Shown here piece after piece: positions 26,750 to 39,740 of a stretch of 64,000 nucleotides of DNA; position 1 is the stretch's first letter, and each line of letters opens with the position of its first letter. Both the position numbers and the translations under genes were made by a program. Source of the DNA: Lingula anatina (lineage: Eukaryota > Animalia > Brachiopoda); contig CM120640.1 of the NCBI GenBank assembly GCA_051362555.1, positions 28,358,503-28,422,502 on the forward strand, read 5' to 3'. The notes under the pieces are model-generated. The model had not been told where the DNA came from, did no database searches, and saw nothing but the letters and a program-made list of their open reading frames with translations.

Positions 26750-27392
26750 TTTTACTATTATGATCTAGAAGAATGCTCAGTTTTGCTTGTTCCTTTATTG
26801 CCATGATATAATTTATATCTAATGGAAAAGTTAAACGACTTTAAGTTGGGCAGAATTTATGGCTTAAATGCTATGTCAGTATATGCAAAACTGCGATTTT
26901 ATTAAATTTAATCAACAGTCACTTGTTCCCAAGTGGAGACAGATGATTTAAAACGAAACAGTGATTTTGAAAACGAAACGCGGCACAAATGTCCGATTTA
27001 GAGAAGTCACTTTTTGTTGAAGCTTGTACATTCACAGCATTGATACAGATGTTTTCACCGTATACAAAGTGTTTGGGTTTTTTTGAAGAACTTCAACGTT
27101 CACTGCGTTCCCCTTTCATCACGCCTTTCTTGTATGACATTCAGTAAATCTGTCAGCAGTTGATATATTGTTAATACACACCTATATCGTCAGTGCATAT
27201 AAATCCCACAACCTTTATTCATAAAAGATAATGGAAAGTGTTGTCACCTTGACTGGGATTCATTTGTTACCAGTGAAAATCAATGATCAATAATCCTTTG
27301 GACAGCGTACGACTTGTTGAAGTCATTATTGAGCCACATGATCCACTGCGTGCAGATTTGATGAACTTGTGTTAATTGCACTGTCATGACCG

Positions 27393-27506
27393 ATGAACCC
27401 AACGGGTATTATGGGGATTCCTCTAACTGGCCAAATTTGGGTGCAGATCTTGCTCACAGCGGCTTTAGCGATCATATGGTGCTCATTGCCAGGTAAAATT
27501 TGACCT

Positions 27507-27558
<52 letters not shown>

Positions 27559-28371
27559 AGGTCTTAGATAGAAGGGTAGGAGTCTAAGGAGAAATAAAAG
27601 AGAAAAGCATACTAGCCCACAAACAAACATATCGGAGAGTATATCGAGTGAAGGAAAGGGCGTTTTCATTTTTCTAGTTGACTCAATTAAATGCTACGTG
27701 TGCGATGATAGACTGCCCCCGTCCAATGTGAGCACCAGGCCCTCCAAGAACCAGTGTCAGGATGATTTCGACAGGGACGTCAACAGAGATAACGTGGAAG
27801 AATGCGAAAAGGGGTGTCTCAAAACGAAAACTGCACATGGCACCAGTAAGTCCTAGCAGGGGCTAGTACAGTGCGATTAGTAAAGAAAGCACAAGGCTTT
27901 CGAATAGATTTTCTTTGAAACCAGACTCATTTCAGATTAGAATGTGATTTAAATAAATGAGAAATATGTATCGTTTTAGAAAAATAGAATTGAAAAACGG
28001 GACCAATTTTAATACGGAAACACGGAAGTTCTCGTTTTGGGGCCTTCAAGCTACAAATTAGCAATTGCTGAAACGTTTGACATAACTTGCCATTGACCAC
28101 ATCTTTCTCATATTTTTCTGTAGTACTGGTGGAGCGGTTTTGTTCAGTGATAGAACTACAAGTCGGTTGTCAGCGTGCGGTAATTCGAGGAGAACCTGGC
28201 AACGCCTGTTTCTGCAAGGACCGAGATCGGTGTAACCAGGCAGTGGCCATAAGGACGGGCCCTCTGGCGGGTTGGTTGCTCTGCATTGGTTATCTTATAT
28301 TGGGATTGTGGCTTCGTGATGGCGGTAACTTAGATATTACCGAAATATTGAGGATGGCGATGTCAAAATAA
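27393..28371 (+). CDS. Ly6/uPAR (three-finger) domain protein, quiver/sleepless-like
   Basis: Exons 27393-27492 (MNPTGIMGIPLTGQIWVQILLTAALAIIWCSLP, signal peptide), 27678-27845 (VDSIKCYVCDD...QCQDDF...ECEKGCLKTK) and 28124-28371 (LVERFC...GC...ACFCKDRDRCN plus a hydrophobic segment). Both introns are phase 1. Ten cysteines with the CYxC start and CN end typical of LU domains. Confidence 0.88.
27502..27563. repeat. Perfect palindrome GACCTATCA-(TA)n-TGATAGGTC
   Basis: Read directly; lies at the start of intron 1 of the Ly6-like gene. Confidence 0.9.
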
Positions 28372-28378
28372 AGATCGA

Positions 28379-28381
<3 letters not shown>

Positions 28382-28459
<78 letters not shown>
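28382..28459. repeat. (TA)n microsatellite in the 3' UTR of the Ly6-like gene
   Basis: Read directly; begins about 10 nt after the stop codon. Confidence 0.9.
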
Positions 28460-28461
<2 letters not shown>

Positions 28462-29712
28462 CCTTTATTAGTAAGGCAAATGACAACAGGAAGCTTCTTT
28501 AAAAAATACAATGACCAGAAACGTTCCTTTGATTTTATTAATCTAATTTAATTTACTATTCATGTCCATAGGAACCGAAATGATATGATGACCTAACTTT
28601 CATATAAACGTCATGATCTGCTCTTCTGTTATAAATCATCAGAGCGATTTGAGCAGAAAAAAGAAACTATTATGCTACTATAGCTATTGTACATAAATCA
28701 TTCTATGTGTCGTGTTAATCATTTAGCGTCGACATAATTGTCAAGGTTGGCACTCACTGATCATTGCGTTCACCTGTAATATACTAATAATGGCAAATGG
28801 CTACCCATGAAAAATATATGGTTTTCATTAAAAATATACCGTTTAATCGGATTTTGACGTAAAGAATACATCAGGGTCATATCTCCAAGCCATTCAAAGC
28901 GTATCGTATTGATGTGATTATTTAATCAGATTTAGAATATCGGTCGACATCTCTCATAATTAGGGGCCCTTGTGCATGGTCTCGTATTTCAGTGTTTTTT
29001 TAATTCGATTTATTATAATAAAGTATTCAAAACATGCCGTTAGGTATCTAATTCCTTGCTAATACTCATTTGGGAAGAACTTTACATGACAGTTTTTAAA
29101 CATAATTATTTGTTCAGTTTATGCTTGCTGATGTGCCATCGTTCACGACGGCGATAGCGAGTGTGACACTGAACCAATTGATATATTTCACCGCGCTTAT
29201 GGGAATTAATGACAGTGGGACTATAAAATCTCCAACTGAAAAATTCTGAACTCAATTCCCACAGTAAGGATCCTAGTTACAGCACACTAAGGAAATGAGA
29301 TGTGAAAATATGAACAATTAATGGACATTTTCATTAACGCTAATGAATGTTGGTGAACTCTTTCCGCTGACGATTCCCCTGACGATGCCTGATCCTGAAC
29401 GCAATGCAATCATCGTCGTATTCCCTGCAGAGTTCACATCATAGAAGACACAGATACTGCACAATGGGTATTGTGGCGGCTGTCTATTGCAGAAGCCACT
29501 TCAGGCGGAATTATTTTCAATTTTTAATGTCCAGTGAAATTATTTCTAACAATCATTCGATGAATTACGACGGGTTATCATTGAATTCGGCAATTACAAC
29601 AATATCGCTTTCATTTCTTGACTTGAAGTTAATCTCAATAATATGATCTGCTTTAATTCAAAACGTAGATAAAAATGTTTTATCAAAGTATCAGAAAAAT
29701 TATACTATTTCC

Positions 29713-29833
29713 GGGGGCGGATCCAGAGCTATTTTCTGACAGTCTCCCGACAGAAAAAATTAGATAACCGTCAATGTAAACTTGAAAATCTGACTCTTCC
29801 GGAAGACCCAGAAAACTGCCTCAACCCGCCTCC
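29713..29833. mobile_element. MITE with GGGGCGGAT-type ends, copy 2
   Basis: gggggcggatccagag...ccgacagaaaaaattagat...gaagacccagaa...cccgcctcc; homologous to 13571-13731. Confidence 0.65.
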
Positions 29834-31025
29834 GTTTTTCGTCATTTCACTCCAGGAGTTATACTGCATTTGTGGAGTTAATCTCAACTGCTGCAAAAAC
29901 ATCGCTTTCTCAGCAACCGCAATAACTCTTGCCGTCCGTTTCGTGCGGGTCAAAGCGATATGGAATCGAATTCCAATATCCATCAAAATCTAGGCACCGA
30001 GGCACTAGAGATCAAGCGTTCCAATTTACAAACCACTTTGCATTGATTTTCTTTTTATTAAAATCATCAGATTTCATCAGATTAAATCGCATATGGTGAC
30101 GCCCGCGTCAACATCAATAGAAGCGTTGCAAGTCATTTAAGTGATACTCCTGGCCCATGCCTTATCTCATGGAATTGGACAGGAAACAGCGTATTACATG
30201 AATGTAATAAGGGTTCTGTTGCAGTCAAACACTTTACACAATTTTCCATTACATATTATACCCACAGAACTTTTTTAAATAATATTTCTATAAATTGTAA
30301 TCACACATCCACAAGCACTGAAAGCTCGACTGTTTGTCAAGATGGTCAATAAGTACAAAATTAAAAACTGACATCTGAGCCTTGTTGATACTCCTGACCC
30401 CTATTTTCACTGTTCCATAGGTTATGGATGATTTCTCTAGAGATTCTTCCTGATAAAATTTATATTAGTCAGTCTTCACTTTTTGCACACCCATTTCTCC
30501 ACAAATTGATTTATCATTCAATCATCTGGGTATTATGTTCTACACAGGCTAATAATCCCAAAATTCCAAACACAGGCTTATGCCTTGCATCTTTGTTCTA
30601 CATACTTGGTATGTAAGGGACTTATATACTGCATATATATCCAGTCAGACGGTGAGAACTTCACTTGGTGCATATTAATCTCAGTAGACTGTGTAATCAT
30701 GACTTCTAATCCCAGCACCCCAATTATTTGGCACCGACTTCCTGCCCACCATTACTGAAATTGAAATTGAGGCCTGGATTCCTTTGATAACAAACTGTAA
30801 TCATGCAGTCTGTCGAGATAACAGGCACTGTTTGACTGAGAATGCAGTCTTGGGGTACTCATTTCTCTCTTGTTTAGATACTGAGGTGGTCAGGCTCCCT
30901 ACACTCCAGACATTGAGAGCTGTTCCTGAGTTCCGACTGGCTCATCATAAGCAGAGCCTCTGATATGAAAATCATGGGATTTAATATATCTAAGCATTTT
31001 AACAAAAAGAGTTTTTAAAGTCTGG

Positions 31026-34000
31026 TCATAGCTTGTCATAAGGCACCATGAGTCCTACTGTTCCCTTAGCTCTGTCTGGTTCATCATATGTTGACAGGCA
31101 GACATCAGGCACGCCCTCTGGTGACTGATCTACACTGAAGTCATAAACCTGCACTGTGCCTCTGTACCTACAAAATTCAATTGAGGAAAAATTCTTCACA
31201 AATTTGTCTCTTCACAACTTGATGGAAATGTATTTCGTCTTTAACTGCATCACAATTGATTTTTTCTTATGAAAAGGGTTCAAAGATATGATACTTCAAT
31301 TATATAATTTGGAAACAAGATTAACTTTAAATTGTATGCACTTTCAATATGTATAGATATCAAGTGGTGGAAGATGTCTGAAATCCTCAATTTGGATAAA
31401 AGCAATAATGTATTACCAGGTAAATGTATATTGGTGAAGTTAAAATTCAAATTCTACTTCTTACAAATTTTAGAGATAGACGATATTTACATATGTACAT
31501 CACACACATGTACACATATATGCACACACACACACACACACATACAGCCCTCTCATACTGACCTCTTGTGTAAGATATTGTCCAACTCATAGTTCTCTGG
31601 AAACTTGTTGTTAGGAACATGTGCACTGACCAGGTGCTTGTCTGTAAATGCACAGTGTCTCACAGGGTGTCTGCAGAACAGAGTTATCAAAGATATACAT
31701 ATGATTTAATGTCATCAATTTTTTTTGTAGTCTATCATGAAATATATGAGCCACACTAGAATATCGCTTGCTTTTTCTAAATGATTTTTAATTCAAAATT
31801 TCATTTAAAATTCAGCAATTTAAAATTTTCTTTAAAAAATTCTAACCAAAATAAACGTAAAATATGACCATCTTGCCTATTATATTTGTATGCAAGAGTC
31901 ACTGTAAGGCACAGGCATAGGTTAACTTATGTAGGTCATTGGTGCGACCCATATCATCTGGATTGCATGGACACAAGTGACTGCACAGAATAACTCACCT
32001 GTTATGTACTTCCCATAGTTTGCTGCCCATTCTCTGGTCCCAAATACACACCAGTCCCTCTGCACCACCTGACACCACTTTCCAGTCATCCATGTGCACC
32101 ACTGTCACCGCAGCACCATGTCCACTAAAGGAGTGGACTGGATGCCTGGCACCAGCTCTGCTGTCGTATACTCGTACTCTGAAATAGCAGGAGTCAGCGA
32201 CTAGGTTTGAGCACTAGAATGGTCTCACCTTTATTTGAATTATTCTAACTGGTGTCCTCAAAAGAATTTTAAAATATTTTACAATCTTACAGGCCTAAAC
32301 ATGTGCATTTGCTTACCCTCTACTATGACTGCATTTGCATGGAAGACCTATACTAATACTGATATACTGATATACTGATACTGTATGTATGTATGTATGT
32401 ATGTATGTATGTATGTATGCTTAATGTATGTATGTATGCTTACCTTCTGTCATCACTGCCTGTACACAGGAGACCAATGTCAAACTGCGACATGTCAATG
32501 CATGACACTGCATTGCACTCTCCTTCAAGTACATACATTTCTTTACCAGTCATAAGGCTGTACAAATATATCTGAAAGAAACACAGTAAGTATTAATAAT
32601 CAAAATGACCTCTCCTTGTTAATTGCTGACATGATTGGACAAATAAAACAATATTTTTTCTTGTATTATGTTTGAACTCACCATAGCAATTCCAAGAGTG
32701 TTTCACAAAATCAAACTATTCAATTACGTTATTGAACTGAGCTGTCTGTTTTAACAGGTATAATTTCTCTATGCTTGATTGGTTTGGTTTCATGGAAAGA
32801 TGTAAATTATCATCCATCTAAATCATTACTAAATCTTTCTTTTTTTTTTTTTTGTTTATCATGTCTACCTCTATTTGTGTACCATTTCACCATGTTTCCA
32901 TGTATAAAGGATCCATCAGTAAACTTCACAGACTGCTTAGTTCCAGATCTACTATATGTTAAAACACATGGTAGAAAACATCCCACAGCAAATACACCTC
33001 ATTTGTAAATGTCAGTTACTGTGCTGTGCACTTCTATAAGGAACTTACATAAACAGAACAAAATACATTATGCCAAAATCACACAGGAAACATTTTACCC
33101 GTCATATTTTTTCACCTTCACTTAACACAGAAAATATTTCCTAATTACGCATTCTATTTTTCACCCCCACTTTCCAAAAACAGCACAAACTAATGGATTA
33201 TTCAGGTGGTTCTAAGGACAGCATTGTAATGAATATCAGCAATCAACCAGTAAACAACCAAGAGTACAAAGTCAACAGAGAAGAATGATAGGTAACAGAG
33301 AGGTTAAGTGCATTTGTAATTCATTTCTCAAAGCTGTAGTTTTTAACAAGGGGTGGTTAAGTTTGAATCATCTAAGGTGAAGTTTTACACAGTTAAAAAG
33401 CAGGTGTTTAAATTGACAACATGAAAAACTGCATAAAATATTCATTTCACAATTTTTTTAATTTGTTTTCATGAAAGAGACAGATAGTAAAGAGAGAGAG
33501 AGGAGGGAGAGAGAGTCTTCAAGGTGTTTAAGGTGACATATTTGTGCAGAGGCAACATTTTTACAATGGAATCAAACCATTCACCTTGCATATATCTTTA
33601 TCTGCCTGTATACCAACAATTACCAGATGTTAAAGATAAAAATGTCCACATGTTGCCTTTATACCTGCATTATTTCATAAATAATTTGCTGTCTCCTTTG
33701 AAAAATGACATTCATTTAGCAATCATATATTATATCTTAAATCACAAATTCTGTGATTGTTTTGCACATTTGGAAAATGCCAATCAAAAGGGAAAATTAG
33801 CATTTTTTTGTCACTATTTTCTTCTGAAATTTGTTGGCTATGCAAATTTCACTGTCTCCATATGATGCAGGTACAGACAATAGTAAAAAAAAAAGCCTCT
33901 TACTTATTGCAGTTATAAAGATACTTAACTGTATTTGAGCCCTTTCTGATCAAATCATATATTACTTTTTGTCTATAAACTTTTAAAATGTTATTCATGT

Positions 34001-37000
34001 CAAACAAAGTTTAATATGAAAAAAAATCTATTATTGAGAAAAAAAGGCTATGGGCTACATCACTTGACAAACAAATTACTAGATACAGATGATCATACAA
34101 AATTAGCCCTCGGACTGAGGTGAAAAACATAACCAGTTGAACAGCTCACCTTCCCCCTGTACAGACTGATCCCAGCAGTAGTGTAGTCCAGGGCAGTGGT
34201 CACTCCACAGGCCACAGTAGTGGACGTGGCGTCCAGACATGTGACAGGGGCACCAAAGATGGAGTGGATACAGCTAGGGGCACCGTGTCCAGGAATGTGA
34301 ACCTGAACTGATTCCTTGGTTGTCATAACAACCATGTACTGGTCAGCGGGGCTGGACGTTTGGTGATTCTTGACTATTTGTAAACCAGATACCTGAATGA
34401 TAGAAAACAGGACATTCAATACAGAAAAAAACAAGTTTCCTTAATAGAGGTCATACCTGGGTTTTAATAACAAAATGGGTGTTCTGAACTTGCATGTTAT
34501 CAGATTAATCATAACAGAAGGGTGAAAGTTTATTCTGACCAAAAACAAACATCTGATATTCATTACACTTAGCTTTACTTGAAATGTTAGGTTACTGGCA
34601 GTGCACTGAGTTCAGGCTGACAGAATTTGCTGACTGAGCACACTTATAATCATTGCACATACAGACATCTCACTTTTTTCCTTATCAGTATAAATTCCTG
34701 ACAGTTTCATTAGATGAGCATGATAACACACTTCTTGTTGTAGGATATAAAGTATGACAAGTAACATAACTCACAACTTCTCCTGCATCCAGCTGCTCCA
34801 AACAGTGGAACTGGCCGCTGCTGTCCCCCTGCTCTAGCCTGAGAAAGGTTCCATAGGTGACAGCAGCTAAAGCAGAATCCTGGGCCAGTGAAACTGCTCT
34901 AACTGGTGCATTACAGTGAACAGAATGAACAGGGTGGCTATCTGAGCTATTCCTCCATATGTCTACATAACCTGAAATAGAACAGAAATGTGTGCTATCT
35001 GTGAACCATCAGTTTAGTATATAATATCAACAGTTATTCTTGTCCAAAATGGAACCAGAGGACTTATAAAGTTCTACTTTAGATAAAAAAGCAAGGTTAT
35101 AATTTATTGAAAATGGGATGGATATTTTCAAAATGTCATTATAAATATATATAGATATTCTTAAAAAGGTAAACATGTTATTATATAGTAAAAAAACTAA
35201 CTGTAAGACAGAAATGCAAAAAATATGAGTTAGAAAAAAAATACACATTGCTGAGCAATATGTTTTACTTTTTTATCTTTTTCATAAAAAAGCAAGCATG
35301 TTCGATTGTCAAATTCTTACTTCTTTCTAATCTCTTAAGCTTGCTTATGACATATACATATAAAACAATAATTATGTGATATACACTTTGTGTACCTTGG
35401 TTAAAACCTGCTACAGTTACGGTATCATTGACAGCAACAGAAGTAATGTAATTTGTAATGGTGCCCATGTCTTCAGACTCATTCAAAACAAGAGATGTGT
35501 TTGATGGTTTAAAGATATATGTGTTCTCAGTAGAAAGATCTTGAAATTTCACATTCCCACTGGTGTACCTGAAATTTCACGCATATCAACAATTTTAATT
35601 TCAAGAAAATGTTTTACTTCCCACAAGTTTGTGACAGATATTAATGAAAGCCGGTGTTTCAATAATATAATCAGTTACGGTATCAGTTTTGACTTAAAGG
35701 AGAGCTAGGATGTTGATGGAATGAATCATGACACCCCTGACATAAAACAATATACATAGTACATGCAAGTTCCAGTAAGTGGTCTATACAAACATGACAA
35801 TTTAGAAAGTTGATACCTTACCATAGAAATAAGTAGCTACATATAAATGCACTTTGTTTTCTGTGCAATATACCACAAAATCCTATAAAGTATATAACAA
35901 GATTCATGTTACATAACGTGCATTGTTTTTTTCATATGTTCAATAAGCTGGCTTATTAGCTTACCCTGCTACTATCGAGGTATGATATGTGTTTGCTGAA
36001 CATAAAACTCCACCATGTATGTAGTCTATTGCATAACAATGTCCCAGTCTTTGCTGAAAGTTGAAAATACTATTAATAATTTTCAGCAATAAAAATGGGT
36101 TGTTTCCACATGCAATGCATGAACAGTTAAAAAGCCTTGTTTTGTATATTAAAAAAAGATATGAATATCATCACTGTATATTTGCACCGAATGTGTAATC
36201 TAAGAAATTATTCATACTCAGGGGTTGTATGGATTCATATCCTTACCTTCCAGTTCTCTTTAAGATGCAACTCATAAAGCATGCACTCCTTGGCGATTTG
36301 TTTCCAGTATTTCCTATCTATCGTCTTACTGCTTGTTTCATAGCCATATCTGTGGCAAATTTTGCACCAAAGATGCTCATCTTCTGCTATACTCTTCCAG
36401 CTTCTACTCACCTACAAGCAAAAACAAAAAAAAAAAAAAAATTAAAAAAAAATGAAAATTATTCATTAAAAGCTTTTTGCTCAATATACAATAACACTGA
36501 AACTCAAATAAAGAAACTTCTTGTTAATGCATTAACTTCAAATCAATAAACCAATATATGACTACGTTCTCTTCACAAAAATTTATCATCAAAATAAATT
36601 ATCTGATTTTAATTGCCTCACCTGTGCACATCTGCATAAATCTGTCAAACTAAGGTGCTGGAAAATATTCAAGGCAACTTCTCTGGACAAGTTGAGGTCA
36701 AAGAATGGAATCTCATTGATTTCATCCTGAAATACAATTGCCTTATTCAATCTACTGGAGTATGCCCAACCATTCCAGAATTTGAATGGATTCTTTCTTT
36801 TTTTTGTCTCAAGTCTGTTTTTTTTTCATCTTAAATGTAGTCATTACATGGAAAAAATAATTAAGTATCATTACATTGTTTGCACTACAGAATATATGAG
36901 TTGAAAAGTCAACAAACAACTGGGTTCTTACCAAATCTGCAAGCAGTCTGTCAAGAAATCGTTCTTTTGTTTTGTCTGTTCCTGTTTCTAATTTTGAGTT

Positions 37001-37480
37001 TTCCTCATTGGTCTCACACTTCCTGCGTTTAGAACTGGATAGATGTGAATCAACGCTTTTATCACCCCATGTTTTTCCACGTAACAGATCGCCAGCAATC
37101 TGAAAAGGTCTTAAAGTACACGAAGTTCTTCCCTCGGTTTTCGTGCCATCATCGGAGTTGATAAGTCTGTTCAACAAACTGAAATCTTCCTCTCGTTTAC
37201 TGCTATTAGCCAATGGGTTATTTCGTGAATCACGGAGTCCAAGTGACCGTTTCAGTCCTCTCAATTCTGACCTTTCATTACAAGAACCAACACAATGCAA
37301 AGAGGATATACCTCTCTCACTCGAATTTTTACATAAGGCACTACACCCACTACCTGGGACTGGGATTTTAACAGTAGAATCCTTCGATTCCGACACTTGA
37401 TTGTGAAGCTCAACCTTCTTTTCTATCTCTCTTTTCCACGACTCTCGGAATACTTTTAGGCTTGTTGGATCTCCCATCAT
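31026..37480 (-). CDS. FBXW8: F-box/WD repeat-containing protein 8-like
   Basis: Minus-strand exons 37480-36932, 36726-36622, 36411-36247, 36053-35965, 35568-35396, 34971-34775, 34392-34150, 32571-32444, 32178-31999, 31670-31563, 31167-31026 (TGA). N-terminus SLKVFRESWKREI. F-box: LLADLDEINEIPFFDLNLSREVALNIFQHLSLTDLCRCAQVSRSWKSIAEDEHLW. WD40: IVAGYTSGNVK and HMDDWKVVSGGAEGLVCIWDQRMGSKLWEVHNRHPV. These match my recollection of vertebrate FBXW8 motifs. Confidence 0.9.
32349..32438. repeat. (TATACTGA)n plus (TATG)n simple repeats next to an FBXW8 donor site
   Basis: Read directly from the sequence. Confidence 0.85.
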
Positions 37481-38215
37481 TACAGCAGTCCAAAAACACA
37501 GAACAACTAATTATGTTAATAGTAAACAAACATAACACTTTCTGGAGTTATCATTCAAGACGTCTGTTATTGTTCTTCTTTGATAAAAGAGTTCTACTCT
37601 TCCAAGATGGGCCAACATCGGGATTGCTGTTGATGCCAGCTGCATACTGTGTCCTATCAAGATATTTTTTTATCTTTACATAAACTGTGTGACTCACGGA
37701 ACAAAGAAATTAAATTTGATGTTTTTAATTAAGAAAGTCAACTTAATTTTGCTGCATCAAGAAAATACATTGTCAACATTAACGTGAAGGAGCAGGCCTA
37801 TTTTCATGAATGTGTGATTTCATTGATTTTCCACATGTCTGTGAGATGGTGATGGTGATGGTGTTTTGATTGGCAAAATATTAACAGCTACTAATAAGTG
37901 TAGAACATGTAGTTTAAATCTGCATTTCTTTTGTCAGTTTTTAAATTTAAAGCCTATGAAAGGCATTTTTATGCTCAGTCTTTGAAACAGTCTGTCCTAC
38001 GATGCAGACGGCGGCTATGGGCCCTGAATGAAAGTGATACGTAAATGTCACTGCGTTAATTAGAGGCACATCGTGCCTTACTTTGATTTGGAATTGAAAT
38101 AAATGTCAAATATCTGTCTACAACGCATCACTAAATGCAATGTTGCGTGACTGGAAACATAGCGGCACGTCATTAAGTCCCATGATTCACATGTTCCGAC
38201 TTGGACTAGTTATTG

Positions 38216-39740
38216 TTAATGAGGAGGGGGGGGGTGATATCCTTTTGTGCTCTCAACAACCGTCACCACAGCCACTGAGAACAATAAGCAACTAAATCCG
38301 GAGAACAGAGAGATCAATGCACTTGATGCATAACGATCGAGGTTTAAATTAAACAGATGGCCCGTAAAGAAGGGTCGCACCGGGATGGGTTGACCTAGCG
38401 TGGTGATGAACGGGCGCCTGCATATCGGGCATAATAAATGCTCATGTACGTTTATAATCAGCACCCCAAAAACCGCTCACACTGAAATTTCTACAGAAAG
38501 CATGAACGTGGATCATACCTCTTGTAATTCGAAAAGTATAAAAAGAATTCTGACATTCGCTTTTTATCTTGTGAACGATATTTAACATTTTATTTATCAG
38601 TTATCTAACAGTCACAGTAAACATTGTACCATATCATTATGTTATTTGTTTTGTTTTCAATGCATTTCACTTACTAAGGTCAGCTACCTAATCGTATTTG
38701 TGACCACACCCTGTTCTGTTGCCTCTCTCATATCACTACACGGATTAACGTGATACCAGTACGTGTAGGCCTACTACATCAGTTAAAACATTTCCCAACA
38801 TGTGAAACTGCTGAGAAACGCGGAATATAAGTGGTTGCACTCTCAATTCGTAAAGCAAGGACCTTGATTTCTTTATTTCTATTACTGATTCTAAACAGGT
38901 AGCCCGCGTGTTATCATAATTTACTTGTGGGAATTACATAACGAGTGATATATAGGCGTAACGTTATAGTTCAGGGAATACGCGTATAAACAAAACACCT
39001 GGTTATACATGCGAGACTGAATTAGAGACAGTTATCGTCTTAACAATATAGCTGGCAATGGGGGTTTAGTTCGTAAACAGGTGGATTCAGAGGTGATTGG
39101 ATTTTTTTTATGTCAACATGCGTGGCTTGATATGTTAAAAATAAATTACATCATCATGGTTCACCTGATATAACTAACGCAAATATATTCAGATACGTAG
39201 AATAAATAACAAGGAGTGCGTATTGTGAAGCAGTATTTAACGATTTCTCAGAAGCCATTATAAAAATTCTATAATTTTTAAAATCTGGCTTATGCCATAC
39301 TATTTTTTTCAAAAAATATCACTTTCTGAGTAACTCTCTCTGTTGTAATGTGCATTGGCAAAATAGTGGGCATTTCACTCCAACGTTGCAACAAGGGTTT
39401 TCTCAAAAAAGATAATAATAGTAATATAATATATTTATTTTAAGTCTAAATTCCATATACAGAAGATATGTTCAGTAGACAATTAGGTGCATTACATATA
39501 TATATATATATATATATATATAGAACAAATAAAACAGTTAGACACCTGGTCATTACAATTTGTGTAAGCGATCTCGCCTCCGTGGGGAGGATAGGCCCTA
39601 CAGCCCCGCTGCCGTATGAGGCGCTGATTGCTATCAAACCTACAATATCGTTCTCTGCCTGACCAGGACCCTGCTTCAAGATGTTTTAAATTTGGAGAGA
39701 CAGACAACACAAGTGCCCAGATTAAAAGACACATAATCAT
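38216..39740 (-). CDS. Putative uncharacterised secreted/membrane protein (3 coding exons)
   Basis: Exons 39740-39546 (ATG right after a ttctacag acceptor; signal-like MIMCLLIWALVLSVS), 38770-38688 (AYTYWYHVNPCSDMREATEQGVVTNTI) and 38417-38216 (ends in a hydrophobic segment, then TAA). Phases 0 and 2 join in frame. Splice sites are only moderate and the family is not recognised. Confidence 0.5.

Noticed and set aside
29340-29990. Coding-looking, CpG-rich stretches between the Ly6-like gene and FBXW8
   Set aside because: All frames are interrupted by stops or lack recognisable motifs, and no consistent exon chain could be built.
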